This document shows, one piece after another, positions 18,284 through 27,409 of a stretch of DNA of 64,000 nt. The position numbers and the translations under genes were made by a program. The DNA is from a virus. Taxonomy: Duplodnaviria; Caudoviricetes. The notes below the pieces were generated by a model that saw nothing but the letters and a program-made list of their open reading frames with translations, had not been told where the DNA came from and did not search any database. Position 1 is the first letter of the stretch, and each line of letters starts with the position of its first letter. The stretch lies in IMG/VR virus record IMGVR_UViG_3300035182_001152; one strand, 5' to 3'.

Positions 18284-19144
18284 ATGGTCCGATATCTCGC
18301 TGCAATTGTGCTGGCGCTTCTGACGCAAGTCGCAAATGCTCAGCCTGATCCATCTGCGAAGTCGGTCCTTGTGATTGACGCTGACACTAAGGATGTGCTG
18401 TTCCAGAAGAATCAGGACGACGTTCGGCCAATTGCTTCGATTACAAAGCTGGTCAACGCAATCGTGATTCTGAACGAGCAGCAGCCAATGGATGAGAAGA
18501 TCACAATTACAGAGGATGACGTGGCAGCAACGATGCTGCGAGGCTATCCAACGGGAACATCCCTGCCCGTGGGAACTACGCTCACCCGCGCTGAGCTGCT
18601 GCACCTCGCATTGATGAACTCTCAGAACCGAGCAGCAGCAGCTCTGGCGCGGAGTTACCCAGGAGGGGTACCTGCGTTCGTTCTCCAGATGAATGCCACC
18701 GCTAAGTTGCTGGGGATGACTCACAGCAAATTTGTCGATCCTACGGGGTTGATCAACACAAACGTCTCTACCGTCGGCGATCTCGCACTGCTCGTCTCAG
18801 CGGCTGCGAACTACCCAGTTATCCGTGATTTTAGCACGTCTACTTCGTTCCAAATGACGCAGTACAGCAAGCGGCGTAGTCATACAATCGGATACGGAAC
18901 TACGAACCGTCTTGTCAAATTGGCAGGATGGGACACGATCGTTCAAAAGACAGGCTTCATCAATGACGCTGGCCACTGTATGGTAATGATGACCAAAATT
19001 GCGTCGCGGCGTGTGGTAATGGTGCTGTTGAACACCCCGTCGAACGACCGACGTACAACCGATGCGATCACATTGAAATACTGGGTGGAAACCGGCGAAA
19101 TGCCTCCAGCCACACAACCCAAGAGTCAACGTCGTCATCGTTGA
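18284..19144 (+). CDS. peptidase S11 D-alanyl-D-alanine endo/carboxypeptidase (PBP7/PbpG-like), secreted
   Basis: Signal peptide ending ANA-Q; SxxK (ASITK), SxN (SQN) and KTG motifs intact. Confidence 0.9.
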   Translation: MVRYLAAIVLALLTQVANAQPDPSAKSVLVIDADTKDVLFQKNQDDVRPIASITKLVNAIVILNEQQPMDEKITITEDDVAATMLRGYPTGTSLPVGTTLTRAELLHLALMNSQNRAAAALARSYPGGVPAFVLQMNATAKLLGMTHSKFVDPTGLINTNVSTVGDLALLVSAAANYPVIRDFSTSTSFQMTQYSKRRSHTIGYGTTNRLVKLAGWDTIVQKTGFINDAGHCMVMMTKIASRRVVMVLLNTPSNDRRTTDAITLKYWVETGEMPPATQPKSQRRHR

Positions 19145-19199
19145 CTTCTACAGACTAAACCTGTAGTGTAATCTGACAACAATAATAAGGAGAACCTCC

Positions 19200-19916
19200 A
19201 TGAAGGTCGATCAGCAATCCCTTGCGTACATCGAGAATGTCGTAACCACAGCACGGTTAGTTGGCATCGATGGCATCATCATTGAGAAGGATCGCGTCCG
19301 AGCCGTCGACGAAGACAGCACCGTGATTCTGCTACATACAACTAATGTTCCAGAGTTACCATTTGGTTCGATCGGTCTCAACCGAACGGACGTGTTCTCT
19401 TCCCGCTATGCAATCGCACGGTCGATTGACAACTTTGAGATGGACGTCATTGTAGACGGTCCTGAAGACGCTCGGTACGCACGGGCGCTCACAATGAAGG
19501 CAAAGGGCACGAAGATCGATTACCGTTGTGCCAACCCCGCAACGATCCGTGCCCCAAAGGCTCTGAACGATGCTGTGAAGTATCGTGTTCGGATGCATCC
19601 GGAAGCAGTTCTGCACATGCAAAAGGGTGCGAGTGCTATGGAATCTGATGAGCTGACAATGATTGGCAGCAAAGATTCAGTCTCGTTTGAAGTCTCTGAC
19701 ATCAACGGCGACAAGTTGTCATTCAAATTTGGCGACACAGTTGATAACGTTCAACCAGACGACACGTCAGACCCAAAGTTTGCCAACCGTTATCCCATCA
19801 AGCTGCTACAGACGCTGTTCAAGGCAAATCCTGACGGCTACTTCTTTGTCACGTCCCGTGGCATGTTGAAAGTCTCTGTCAACGGTCTTGACGTCTATGT
19901 TCTTCCGAGGACCTAA
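19200..19916 (+). CDS. DNA sliding clamp (T4 gp45-like)
   Basis: 238 aa, two-domain beta-rich pattern, near the polymerase; GTTGAC promoter at 19140 and AAGGAG RBS. Confidence 0.7.
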   Translation: MKVDQQSLAYIENVVTTARLVGIDGIIIEKDRVRAVDEDSTVILLHTTNVPELPFGSIGLNRTDVFSSRYAIARSIDNFEMDVIVDGPEDARYARALTMKAKGTKIDYRCANPATIRAPKALNDAVKYRVRMHPEAVLHMQKGASAMESDELTMIGSKDSVSFEVSDINGDKLSFKFGDTVDNVQPDDTSDPKFANRYPIKLLQTLFKANPDGYFFVTSRGMLKVSVNGLDVYVLPRT

Positions 19917-19918
19917 TC

Positions 19919-20359
19919 ATGTGGCAAGCATTCAAAAATTGGTGGAAGCGCGACCAACTTGCGCTTGAACAGCGATTCTCTAGTCTTGCAGCTGCCGTCA
20001 ACCAGCAGGCTGCTGAGAGTGCCAAACGAGAGCAAGAGCTCCAGCAACGCTTAGAACAGGCAGAAGCAGAAGCGGCGGTCCTTCGGGAACAAGCAGTTGC
20101 TGACCAATCTAAGCGCGATAGCACTGAGCCGTGGGTTGAAATCAAGAGCGCTGAACATCACCCCGTTCGCGGTCTTGAGATCAAACTCGACTGGAACGAG
20201 GCGTTTGTTCAATACCTGAAGGATGAGGGAATGACCGCTCGCGATGACGAAACGCTCGTCCAAAAGTGGCTTGCCAACATGTACCAGCACGTAGTCGAAC
20301 GACTGGAACAGAAGGTGATCGACAAGTCGGATCAACCTCGCGTTAACGACTTCCTATGA
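19919..20359 (+). CDS. hypothetical protein (coiled coil plus LDWN..FV domain)
   Basis: 146 aa, tightly packed after the clamp gene. Confidence 0.75.
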   Translation: MWQAFKNWWKRDQLALEQRFSSLAAAVNQQAAESAKREQELQQRLEQAEAEAAVLREQAVADQSKRDSTEPWVEIKSAEHHPVRGLEIKLDWNEAFVQYLKDEGMTARDDETLVQKWLANMYQHVVERLEQKVIDKSDQPRVNDFL

Positions 20360-20392
20360 GACCTGCGTGCAAAATCAGTAAGCGCCATTTCA

Positions 20393-20584
20393 GTGATGCG
20401 ATGGCGCAGGAGTCGGCTGAAGGATCAGCTGCCTTCCTTGATTCAGCCGACTAACAGCGACGTTGATATGGTTCTGTTGCTCAATGAGATCGACGATCTT
20501 CAGCAACAGAACTATGCCGCATACACGCTGATAAACGAATACAGACAAAAACTAGACAAAGCTCATGAAATCACTCGTATTTGA
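20393..20584 (+). CDS. small hypothetical protein
   Basis: 63-aa ORF filling the gap before rnh; weak RBS and uncertain start. Confidence 0.45.
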   Translation: MMRWRRSRLKDQLPSLIQPTNSDVDMVLLLNEIDDLQQQNYAAYTLINEYRQKLDKAHEITRI

Positions 20585-21479
20585 CATTTCAAACTTGCTG
20601 TACCGTACGTTCTTCGTCCAAAAGGAAGAGAGCGACGAAACCCTGGCGGGGTTAGCAACCCACTCTGCACTAGTAATGCTGAACAAGTACTTTCGCCAGT
20701 TCAAACCTGACCGCGTTGTGATGGCATTTGACCGCAAGTCATGGCGCAAGGCGTACACTGCCAGCGACAAGTGCATCTCGAAGAAGCCGTACAAGGGCAA
20801 CCGCCGGCAGGACATGACACCGTCGCAGCAGATCAAGTACCAGAAGTTCATCGAGCACATGAAGGAATTCGAGGCGCTGATTGGATCTCATACTACAATC
20901 ATCACGCTCGTGGAGGATGATCTTGAAGCGGACGACTTGATCGCTGGCTATTGCGAGCTCTGTCAAGATGAGACAGAGCATGAAGTGATCGTGATCAGTA
21001 CTGACAGTGACTTGCTGCAATTACTTCGCTACCCCAGTGTCCGAATTGTCTCACCAGCGACTGACAAGCCTCAAGTCTTGTCAGACTTTGACGGCGATCC
21101 TGAGTTCTACGTATTCACAAAATGTCTCCGAGGTGACCCAACCGACAATGTCCAGTCAGCATACCCTGGTGTCCGGTCCACGCGGATCAAGAAGGCGTAT
21201 GACGATCCGTTCGAGCGTGTCCAGTTAATGAAAACGACGTGGACAAATCAGGACAAGATTGAATTCACAGTTCAACAATTGTTTGAGGAAAATCAGATCC
21301 TGATCGATCTGACCAAACAACCGGAAGACATTCGTGAGTTGATCAAGTATTCCGTTGCTGCGTCTGTAGCCAAGCAACGGAAGTTCTCAATGTTCCATAT
21401 TCTGCGATTCATCGGCAAGTACAAGCTGGTCAAAATTAAGGAATCACTGGATCAGTACATTCCGATGTTGAGCTGCTGA
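20565..21479 (+). CDS. rnh: T4 RNase H-like 5'-3' exonuclease / flap endonuclease
   Basis: FDISNLLYR, AFDRKSWRK, YKGNR, EADDLIA, STDSDLLQL, GDPTDNV. Confidence 0.92.
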   Translation: MKSLVFDISNLLYRTFFVQKEESDETLAGLATHSALVMLNKYFRQFKPDRVVMAFDRKSWRKAYTASDKCISKKPYKGNRRQDMTPSQQIKYQKFIEHMKEFEALIGSHTTIITLVEDDLEADDLIAGYCELCQDETEHEVIVISTDSDLLQLLRYPSVRIVSPATDKPQVLSDFDGDPEFYVFTKCLRGDPTDNVQSAYPGVRSTRIKKAYDDPFERVQLMKTTWTNQDKIEFTVQQLFEENQILIDLTKQPEDIRELIKYSVAASVAKQRKFSMFHILRFIGKYKLVKIKESLDQYIPMLSC

Positions 21480-21889
21480 TGCGTTGCTTCATTTACCGCA
21501 ACCTACACAAGGACGGTTACACGTATTCGTTACGTGCTGTTGAAGGCGTCTACAAAGGCCGCGTTATTGGCTACAGTACATTTCTGTGGGTAGATAACGC
21601 GTCCTTTGTGGTGTCAGAGGCAGGAAGGCAGCGCGTTCTTGCAACGCAACGGAAGAACGTTCATGCGGGGATTGTTGGCGATGTTGGCTATCTATTCAAC
21701 TATGAGCCACGACTGATAGTTGACGTCGGGATGACGGAAATGGAGCGGCCGCTAGACCAACTGGTTGAAATTGGCTACAACCCCTACAAGTATGATTCTT
21801 TTGTGGCCAAAATGACGGAAGCGCCCATCAAGAGCGCTTCCCATGTGCTGATTAGTGGTGGCTTAATTGAGGCGTGCGGTCTTACTTAG
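21479..21889 (+). CDS. conserved phage hypothetical protein
   Basis: YRNLHK and FVVSEAGRQRVL..QRKNVHAG motifs typical of a widespread phage family. Confidence 0.75.
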   Translation: MRCFIYRNLHKDGYTYSLRAVEGVYKGRVIGYSTFLWVDNASFVVSEAGRQRVLATQRKNVHAGIVGDVGYLFNYEPRLIVDVGMTEMERPLDQLVEIGYNPYKYDSFVAKMTEAPIKSASHVLISGGLIEACGLT

Positions 21890-22253
21890 GATCTGCACCA
21901 TCCGCTGGTGATGCCGTCTTGTTCTTCAGGAACGAATTCCATCCCGCACCACCAAGCAAATACGTCAGATACATGCCGAAGATGTCGTACGTTAGCTTGT
22001 CGTGGTCTGTGAACGTTAGCACGATCCAAGTGCCGACGATTACACCAACAAGATAGCCTAGTTTGTACGGTGATGCACGATCGTTGGACGAATCGATAAC
22101 CATGTCTTCCCAGCGAATTGGGCTTTTTGGATCATGGCTAGCACGTGCGAACAAGATTACAAACAGTGCGAGTGTTGCGATGACGAACCATGTCGCCCCC
22201 GTGAATGGAATCGCTTGAATAAGGTCGCCAGCCTTGGCGATGATGTTTGACAT
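21882..22253 (-). CDS. membrane protein, holin candidate
   Basis: Two or three hydrophobic segments; late promoter TATTTA at 22274-22279; start set at ATG 22253. Confidence 0.6.
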   Translation of the reverse strand: MSNIIAKAGDLIQAIPFTGATWFVIATLALFVILFARASHDPKSPIRWEDMVIDSSNDRASPYKLGYLVGVIVGTWIVLTFTDHDKLTYDIFGMYLTYLLGGAGWNSFLKNKTASPADGADPK

Positions 22254-22273
22254 AGTGAACTCCCAGAATCCCA

Positions 22274-22287
22274 TATTTACCTAAATA
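22274..22287. promoter_or_regulatory. back-to-back divergent late promoters
   Basis: TATTTA-CC-TAAATA between the holin-like gene and the PAAR gene. Confidence 0.7.
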
Positions 22288-22310
22288 CCACCGGAAAAAG
22301 GAGAAAAACT

Positions 22311-22604
22311 ATGGCAGGCATTGCACGGGTGGGAGATGGAATCTCCTGCGACCCAACCAACAACGTGATCGCTAGCGGCAGCCCTAACGTATTCGTCAAC
22401 GGCAAGGCTGCTGCACGCAAGGGGGATCCGACAACCGCTCATCCGCACGGATCCGCCGCCACAATTCTTGGCGGCAACAGCAAGCATGTGTACATTAACG
22501 GAATTGAAGCTGCGATCATTGGTGATCTTGATAGCCCACACGGGAGCGGATCTCATGTAAACGCTGTGATTGTTGGTGGATCATCTGACGTTAAAATTGG
22601 TTGA
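22311..22604 (+). CDS. PAAR-repeat spike-tip protein (T4 gp5.4-like)
   Basis: IARVGD, GSPNVFVNGKAAARKGD, HPH, YINGIEAAIIGD. Confidence 0.92.
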   Translation: MAGIARVGDGISCDPTNNVIASGSPNVFVNGKAAARKGDPTTAHPHGSAATILGGNSKHVYINGIEAAIIGDLDSPHGSGSHVNAVIVGGSSDVKIG

Positions 22605-22693
22605 TGGGGACCGGAGAAACACAGATAGGTCACTGCTAAAACTCTGTTGGTAAATATCTTTTACGGTACAACTACTCATAGGAGATAACCAAC

Positions 22694-23077
22694 ATGGCAG
22701 CAGCAGTTTCTTACAAAGTTCAAAAGGCACCGAATTCACTCCCTCACATTGAGTGGATCGAGTTGCATAACGATGGCATTCTTCACGAATGCGCAATCAT
22801 GAAGCGTGACGCTTCAGGTAACGTTCTGTTCTTCAAGACGAACGATTTGGACGAAATTGACAAGAAGCGACTCGCCGGCATCCTGATGGATCGTAACGCT
22901 CGCACGTTCGAACTGTGGGATCTAATGGCAAACAAGACACTCGGCAACGGCGTAAACGCTCTTACCTACTTCAACCAGCTTGTTCGTCAGATGACGCCTA
23001 ACGGCCGTATTCTTGACCCACGCGCCGGTCAGATGGGCACGGGCGCAGCTGGTACAGTCAATACCAACACGCAATAA
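22694..23077 (+). CDS. hypothetical late protein
   Basis: 127 aa; TAAATA at 22651-22656 and AGGAGA RBS. Confidence 0.75.
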   Translation: MAAAVSYKVQKAPNSLPHIEWIELHNDGILHECAIMKRDASGNVLFFKTNDLDEIDKKRLAGILMDRNARTFELWDLMANKTLGNGVNALTYFNQLVRQMTPNGRILDPRAGQMGTGAAGTVNTNTQ

Positions 23078-23097
23078 TCAGGCAACTGATTTGCAAA

Positions 23098-23127
23098 CAA
23101 AAATAGCCGCTTAAGCGGCTATTTTTT
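23098..23127. terminator. bidirectional rho-independent terminator
   Basis: A-run, TAGCCGC-TTAA-GCGGCTA, T-run, between convergent genes. Confidence 0.9.
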
Positions 23128-23143
23128 CGTCCGTTGTACTTGG

Positions 23144-24355
23144 TTACGACGTGATTGTGCGAGCAACAGAGATCGTAATCGTGTATGTGATTGCGAGCGT
23201 ACGGTTGGCCGTCTTCAGCACGGGCGAGAAGATCAGGTGAGATAGCAGACGCTCACGTTGAGCAGACGGATTGGTGGGCGAGTTTTGCAAGCCCGCAACC
23301 GTACCCTGAACTGGTGCCAATAGTTGTGCTCCTGACGGTGGGTTTAGCTGTGTCAAGAACGTTGACGTGGCAGACCCAGACAAGTTAACAGCTGAGATAG
23401 CTCCCGAAGAAGGGCTCTGAACCTGCAGGTAGCCAGATGTTTGAGCGCCCGTGATCGACGGGAACGTACCGCCCGTTAAATCAGTAATCAGGAATGTCGC
23501 TGCAGGAGCACCCGGTAGAATTGTCCAAGCGACGTCATTCGTGTTCAGGGCTTGGCATAGATCACCGTACAAAATTTCGCTGCTAGCACCCGAACCGCCA
23601 CTAGAAGGTGTTGTGAACGTGATTGTCTGCAGCGATCCGCCGTCAATCGTGATATTGAAAGAGTACGTGTGACCGGGCAGCAACCCAGTATCATCTGTTG
23701 ACGTCTTCGAAACTGTACCGAAGGCGATCTGGTGATAACCTGAGGTGTTAATCGCGCTTGCACCCATCGTGTACAAGCCGATTTCGTCGAATACAAAGTC
23801 CGATTCTGTGCTAACGACAACACCGTCGTTAATGAATTGGCCGCGTGGTTCATTGCCATTCAATGTGCACGAGATGATCACTTCCGATGTTAGTCCTAGT
23901 TCGTTTGAACGGACGCCAGGACCAGACACGTGCAAAACGGAGACGGGATCGCTTGAAGGAACGGCGCCACCGCCAGCTCGTACGCCAGTATTGCCGTCAG
24001 CAGAACCTGGATCCGTGCCAAGCAGAGGATTCAGCGCTGTCTGACCCGCATCGACGATTTCTGAGTACGTTTCATTGTAAATGCGACTGTCCCACGTAGC
24101 AATGTCGGGTGACTGGCCATCATTTGGCGTCTTGTATGTTACCGTGAACGCAGCATCAACAAGAGTACCACCGTTACCGAATGCCATGCGGTAGATCTGC
24201 GACTGCGCTTCGTTCGCAAGAGCACGAGCGATGATACGCGCCATGTTCTGAGGATGAATTGCGTTATCCTTGTCGAGTAGGACGTTACCAAGATCGTCGA
24301 CGATCTTGCAGTGGCCCTTGACGTGGATGGGCAAATTTACATTGTTTGTTGACAT
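23144..24355 (-). CDS. baseplate/tail structural protein
   Basis: MAFGNGG and FDEIGLY motifs, SHLIFSPVLKTANR..ITYTI C-terminus; TATTTA at 24377-24382. Confidence 0.75.
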   Translation of the reverse strand: MSTNNVNLPIHVKGHCKIVDDLGNVLLDKDNAIHPQNMARIIARALANEAQSQIYRMAFGNGGTLVDAAFTVTYKTPNDGQSPDIATWDSRIYNETYSEIVDAGQTALNPLLGTDPGSADGNTGVRAGGGAVPSSDPVSVLHVSGPGVRSNELGLTSEVIISCTLNGNEPRGQFINDGVVVSTESDFVFDEIGLYTMGASAINTSGYHQIAFGTVSKTSTDDTGLLPGHTYSFNITIDGGSLQTITFTTPSSGGSGASSEILYGDLCQALNTNDVAWTILPGAPAATFLITDLTGGTFPSITGAQTSGYLQVQSPSSGAISAVNLSGSATSTFLTQLNPPSGAQLLAPVQGTVAGLQNSPTNPSAQRERLLSHLIFSPVLKTANRTLAITYTITISVARTITS

Positions 24356-24382
24356 TAAATGTTCTCCTTGATCGGATATTTA

Positions 24383-24610
24383 TCAGTCCATCCGACGCAC
24401 GGAAGTCGTCAACTGTTTGATGGCATTGTTAAGGGCTACAGGCTCTACAGAGGCTTTGCCGAGATCGTACGCACGAATTAGTTCTTCACGAACTTGCTCA
24501 AACACAAACGTGCCTTTTTGTCCTTGTTTCTCGATCCTCAGCATCTGGCAACCACTTAGCTTCAGGTAAGAAGCCAAGACGATGTCGGATGTTCTATATT
24601 CGGATTGCAT
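24383..24610 (-). CDS. small DUF5659-like protein
   Basis: TSDIVLASYLKLSG...KGTFVF pattern; start at ATG 24610 behind GAGG. Confidence 0.6.
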   Translation of the reverse strand: MQSEYRTSDIVLASYLKLSGCQMLRIEKQGQKGTFVFEQVREELIRAYDLGKASVEPVALNNAIKQLTTSVRRMD

Positions 24611-24635
24611 GTGTATTCCTCTTATATGCGTTTGG

Positions 24636-26651
24636 TTATGTGTTGACAGCCTCAATGCGGCTGAGTTTGAATTGTGTTGGATCTCCAGCTGGCACACCAA
24701 AATTGAAACCTGTGAACGTCAATGGCGGGTATGTCAATACTGCGGAGGTATATACAAGCACTCCGTTGATGTAACCCTTGATCTGGTTACCAGATACTAC
24801 TTCCAGGCGAACAGTAATCATGTTGTTGACAGCCACACCAGAGGATAGCGTGTGTGTTGTTCCGCCTGTTTCAGCACCGTCGTTGATCTGGACCATGATC
24901 TGATTGGTTGTCAGATTCGGATAGATGTCGACGTATGGGCCAAAGAAGTCGATTACATTTGTTTCTTTGGCGAAGAAGCGGAAGTACGGATCACCAGTAG
25001 CGGGAGCGGACTTGACGTACACGTCAACCTCTGTGTAGAAGTTGCCGTTGCTTGGGGCGGCCCAACTAGAGCGAGCCCAGATGTTCGTATCCGCTGTCGT
25101 AACAAAGCCGTCGCCTGTCAAAATCAGTTCACTCAGATCGTCAACCACCTGGAAGATGCTCCACGTGTGGCCACTATCAACGGTGTGGGTAGAAAGGTCG
25201 CCGGTTCCCGAGAAAGTGTCCAACAGATAGGCCTGTGCACCAGGGCCGAACACAAACTGAATCTGTTCATGAAAGAATGCAGCGGTGTACAAATCAGGAG
25301 CAGACGCTACTGCGCAGTATGCATCACCATACGAACCGGCATACACCATTGCACCGTCGGTTGACTGACCAACGGGCGTTGTTTGCTTGACGTTTTCCAA
25401 TGTTGTCAAGCGGAAGTTTGCACCCTCAGCTTGAATCGAATTTACTGTGTACGATCCGTCGTTAATACCAAGGTAAGAGCCTGTCACAATCACAGCATCA
25501 CCAGGGACAAATGGTTCCGTGCGGAACACTGCCAATTGACCAGTGCCCAGTGACGTAATGTCAACAATATCCGTGTAAGTTTGCGGATAGCGAGTGGCGG
25601 CCAAGTTAAACACACCAAACTTCGTCGATGGGTTGAAGTAATACGTGTCCACGCCATTGATGGGTGCAGGATATCCGCCTGCGTCTGTCAGCTTGATGGC
25701 TGCGCCGGCCGGCCAATATGGAACGTTATCCGCACTAAGGGGAACGTTTAAGCGCCCATTGCCTTGGACGAGCAGGGAGATTGGCTCAACCAACGTGACT
25801 GTAGACTGCGTTTGTGGGCCGTTTACTGTTACATTCGCGACAGTAAACTTACCATTTGCCGTCGTATCACCGTTACCGTTAACGTACACATAATCACCGG
25901 GTGCTACTGTAACAGTACCTGAGACCAGATTGCCGGTAACAACGATCTGCTTCATTGTGCCTGTCGCCGCAATGATCTGAAACGGTGTAGCCATTACCAA
26001 TTGATTCGTTGTTAAAGCATCAACAACGCAATCGATCGGCGTGCCAGGCGATTGGTTAACGAGGAATGAATTGACTTTCAAGCCGACAGGCTGAACACGC
26101 AGTTGGCCAGTACCCGCACTTGTAAAGCCAATTGGTGATCCACCTGACGTTGCAGATACGTAAATCACATTACCAATGACTGTGACAACATAGTATTGCA
26201 CGCCTGGTAGAATCGTCGTTGTTGCGGTTGGGAACGTTCCATCAGTGGTAAACGTCACCCTGTCACCAACCGTGAACGTGAAGCCGCTAGCGTCTGGTGT
26301 TAGTGTAATCTGAACGGCACCAGTACCAGCAACGGAAGCCAGTAAGTTGATCGGTCCTTGTGCGCTAACAATCGTTGCTTGAGGCAAATCACCACTGTCC
26401 GCCTCACTGTACGGATTCCAAACGAAGCCAAAACCGCACGAATACGTTACAGGAGCATCACCATTGGGACCCGTCATGCCAACGTCTAGGAACATTTTAT
26501 CCGTAACGCCTGCTTTCAGAGCTTCTGAGTACACATACTCAACAAAAACATCAAGCACCTTCGAGTGGTATGGTTTGACCTCTTGGATATACTCCAAGAG
26601 GCCTTCCGTTGGATCGACACGAAACAGTGCAGAAGAAAGTGTGTTAGCCAT
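24636..26651 (-). CDS. tail fibre / receptor-binding-type virion protein
   Basis: 671 aa; N-terminal LLEYIQEVKPYHSK anchor, repeated beta modules, C-terminal lectin-like beta-sandwich. Confidence 0.7.
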   Translation of the reverse strand: MANTLSSALFRVDPTEGLLEYIQEVKPYHSKVLDVFVEYVYSEALKAGVTDKMFLDVGMTGPNGDAPVTYSCGFGFVWNPYSEADSGDLPQATIVSAQGPINLLASVAGTGAVQITLTPDASGFTFTVGDRVTFTTDGTFPTATTTILPGVQYYVVTVIGNVIYVSATSGGSPIGFTSAGTGQLRVQPVGLKVNSFLVNQSPGTPIDCVVDALTTNQLVMATPFQIIAATGTMKQIVVTGNLVSGTVTVAPGDYVYVNGNGDTTANGKFTVANVTVNGPQTQSTVTLVEPISLLVQGNGRLNVPLSADNVPYWPAGAAIKLTDAGGYPAPINGVDTYYFNPSTKFGVFNLAATRYPQTYTDIVDITSLGTGQLAVFRTEPFVPGDAVIVTGSYLGINDGSYTVNSIQAEGANFRLTTLENVKQTTPVGQSTDGAMVYAGSYGDAYCAVASAPDLYTAAFFHEQIQFVFGPGAQAYLLDTFSGTGDLSTHTVDSGHTWSIFQVVDDLSELILTGDGFVTTADTNIWARSSWAAPSNGNFYTEVDVYVKSAPATGDPYFRFFAKETNVIDFFGPYVDIYPNLTTNQIMVQINDGAETGGTTHTLSSGVAVNNMITVRLEVVSGNQIKGYINGVLVYTSAVLTYPPLTFTGFNFGVPAGDPTQFKLSRIEAVNT

Positions 26652-27372
26652 TCAGGGTTTCCAATTCTTTAGTAAACGGTTCAACCATCGCCAATGGAAA
26701 ACATTCTGTCCACCCTGCAAACTGACGGGACGTAAGTCCAACAGTACGATATCGTTGCCCCTTATACTTATGAAGTAGTGCCTGTTCTAGTCGGTATGCT
26801 TCTCCAAGGGTTGTTGATACGGAAATGATAGTTTTGACCTTGCTTGTTCCAAATCGTTGACTGACTCTCTGTTTAGTTATGCCAATCTTGCAAAACCGAT
26901 CGTCAACGGTAACCAAATACAATAGTGCATGGTGATTCTGTTCATCTGGATTCTCTGTAAAATACGAATCTGAATACTTGCCACGCACGTACATAGAGCA
27001 TTTCATGCACCCAGCACCATTCAAGTGGTCAGCCGGCCGCTGTAGGAACGTTCCATGATCATAACACTTAATCGCGACCTTCTTATTCATACTGATGAGC
27101 GTTGTTGAGTCATAGCAGTATGTGGAGCCGTGTACTTGTCGAGCTCTAGCGATGAACTCTTGCGTGGTTACCTTACCCGTCCCACCGCATTTGGGACAGC
27201 CATACTTGTGCATATGGTCTTTAGGTGTCTGCATGAATGATCCATGACTAGGGCACGTAATCTCAACTTTTGTTGTTACGTTTACAAACTCTACTTTTTC
27301 ATATGTGTATTGACCGCCATGCTTTTGCATGGCACGGTCAATAAACGTCTGTTGTGATAATTTTGCTGGCAT
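26644..27372 (-). mobile_element. free-standing homing endonuclease with zinc-binding repeats (DUF723/Hef-like) and GIY-YIG-like nuclease domain
   Basis: Two ITCPSHGSF...GCPKC-type repeats; LYLV...KIGIT; FAGWTECF; AT-richer than flanks. Confidence 0.82.
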
Positions 27373-27407
27373 AAAATAGCTCCTTTGATCTATTTATGAC
27401 ACAGGAG
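27370..27407 (-). promoter_or_regulatory. late promoter plus RBS-sequestering structure
   Basis: TATTTA 27391-27396; mRNA CAUAAAUAG/CUAUUUUAUG stem and CUCCU/AGGAG pairing. Confidence 0.7.
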
Positions 27408-27409
27408 GG

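Noticed and set aside
20357-20584. In-frame open reading after the TGA at 20357 (and after the gp55 TAA at 48056), suggesting readthrough or stop-codon recoding
   Set aside because: TAA, TAG and TGA all end conserved genes at expected lengths in this window, and long genes have no internal stops. Chance or separate starts explain these cases.
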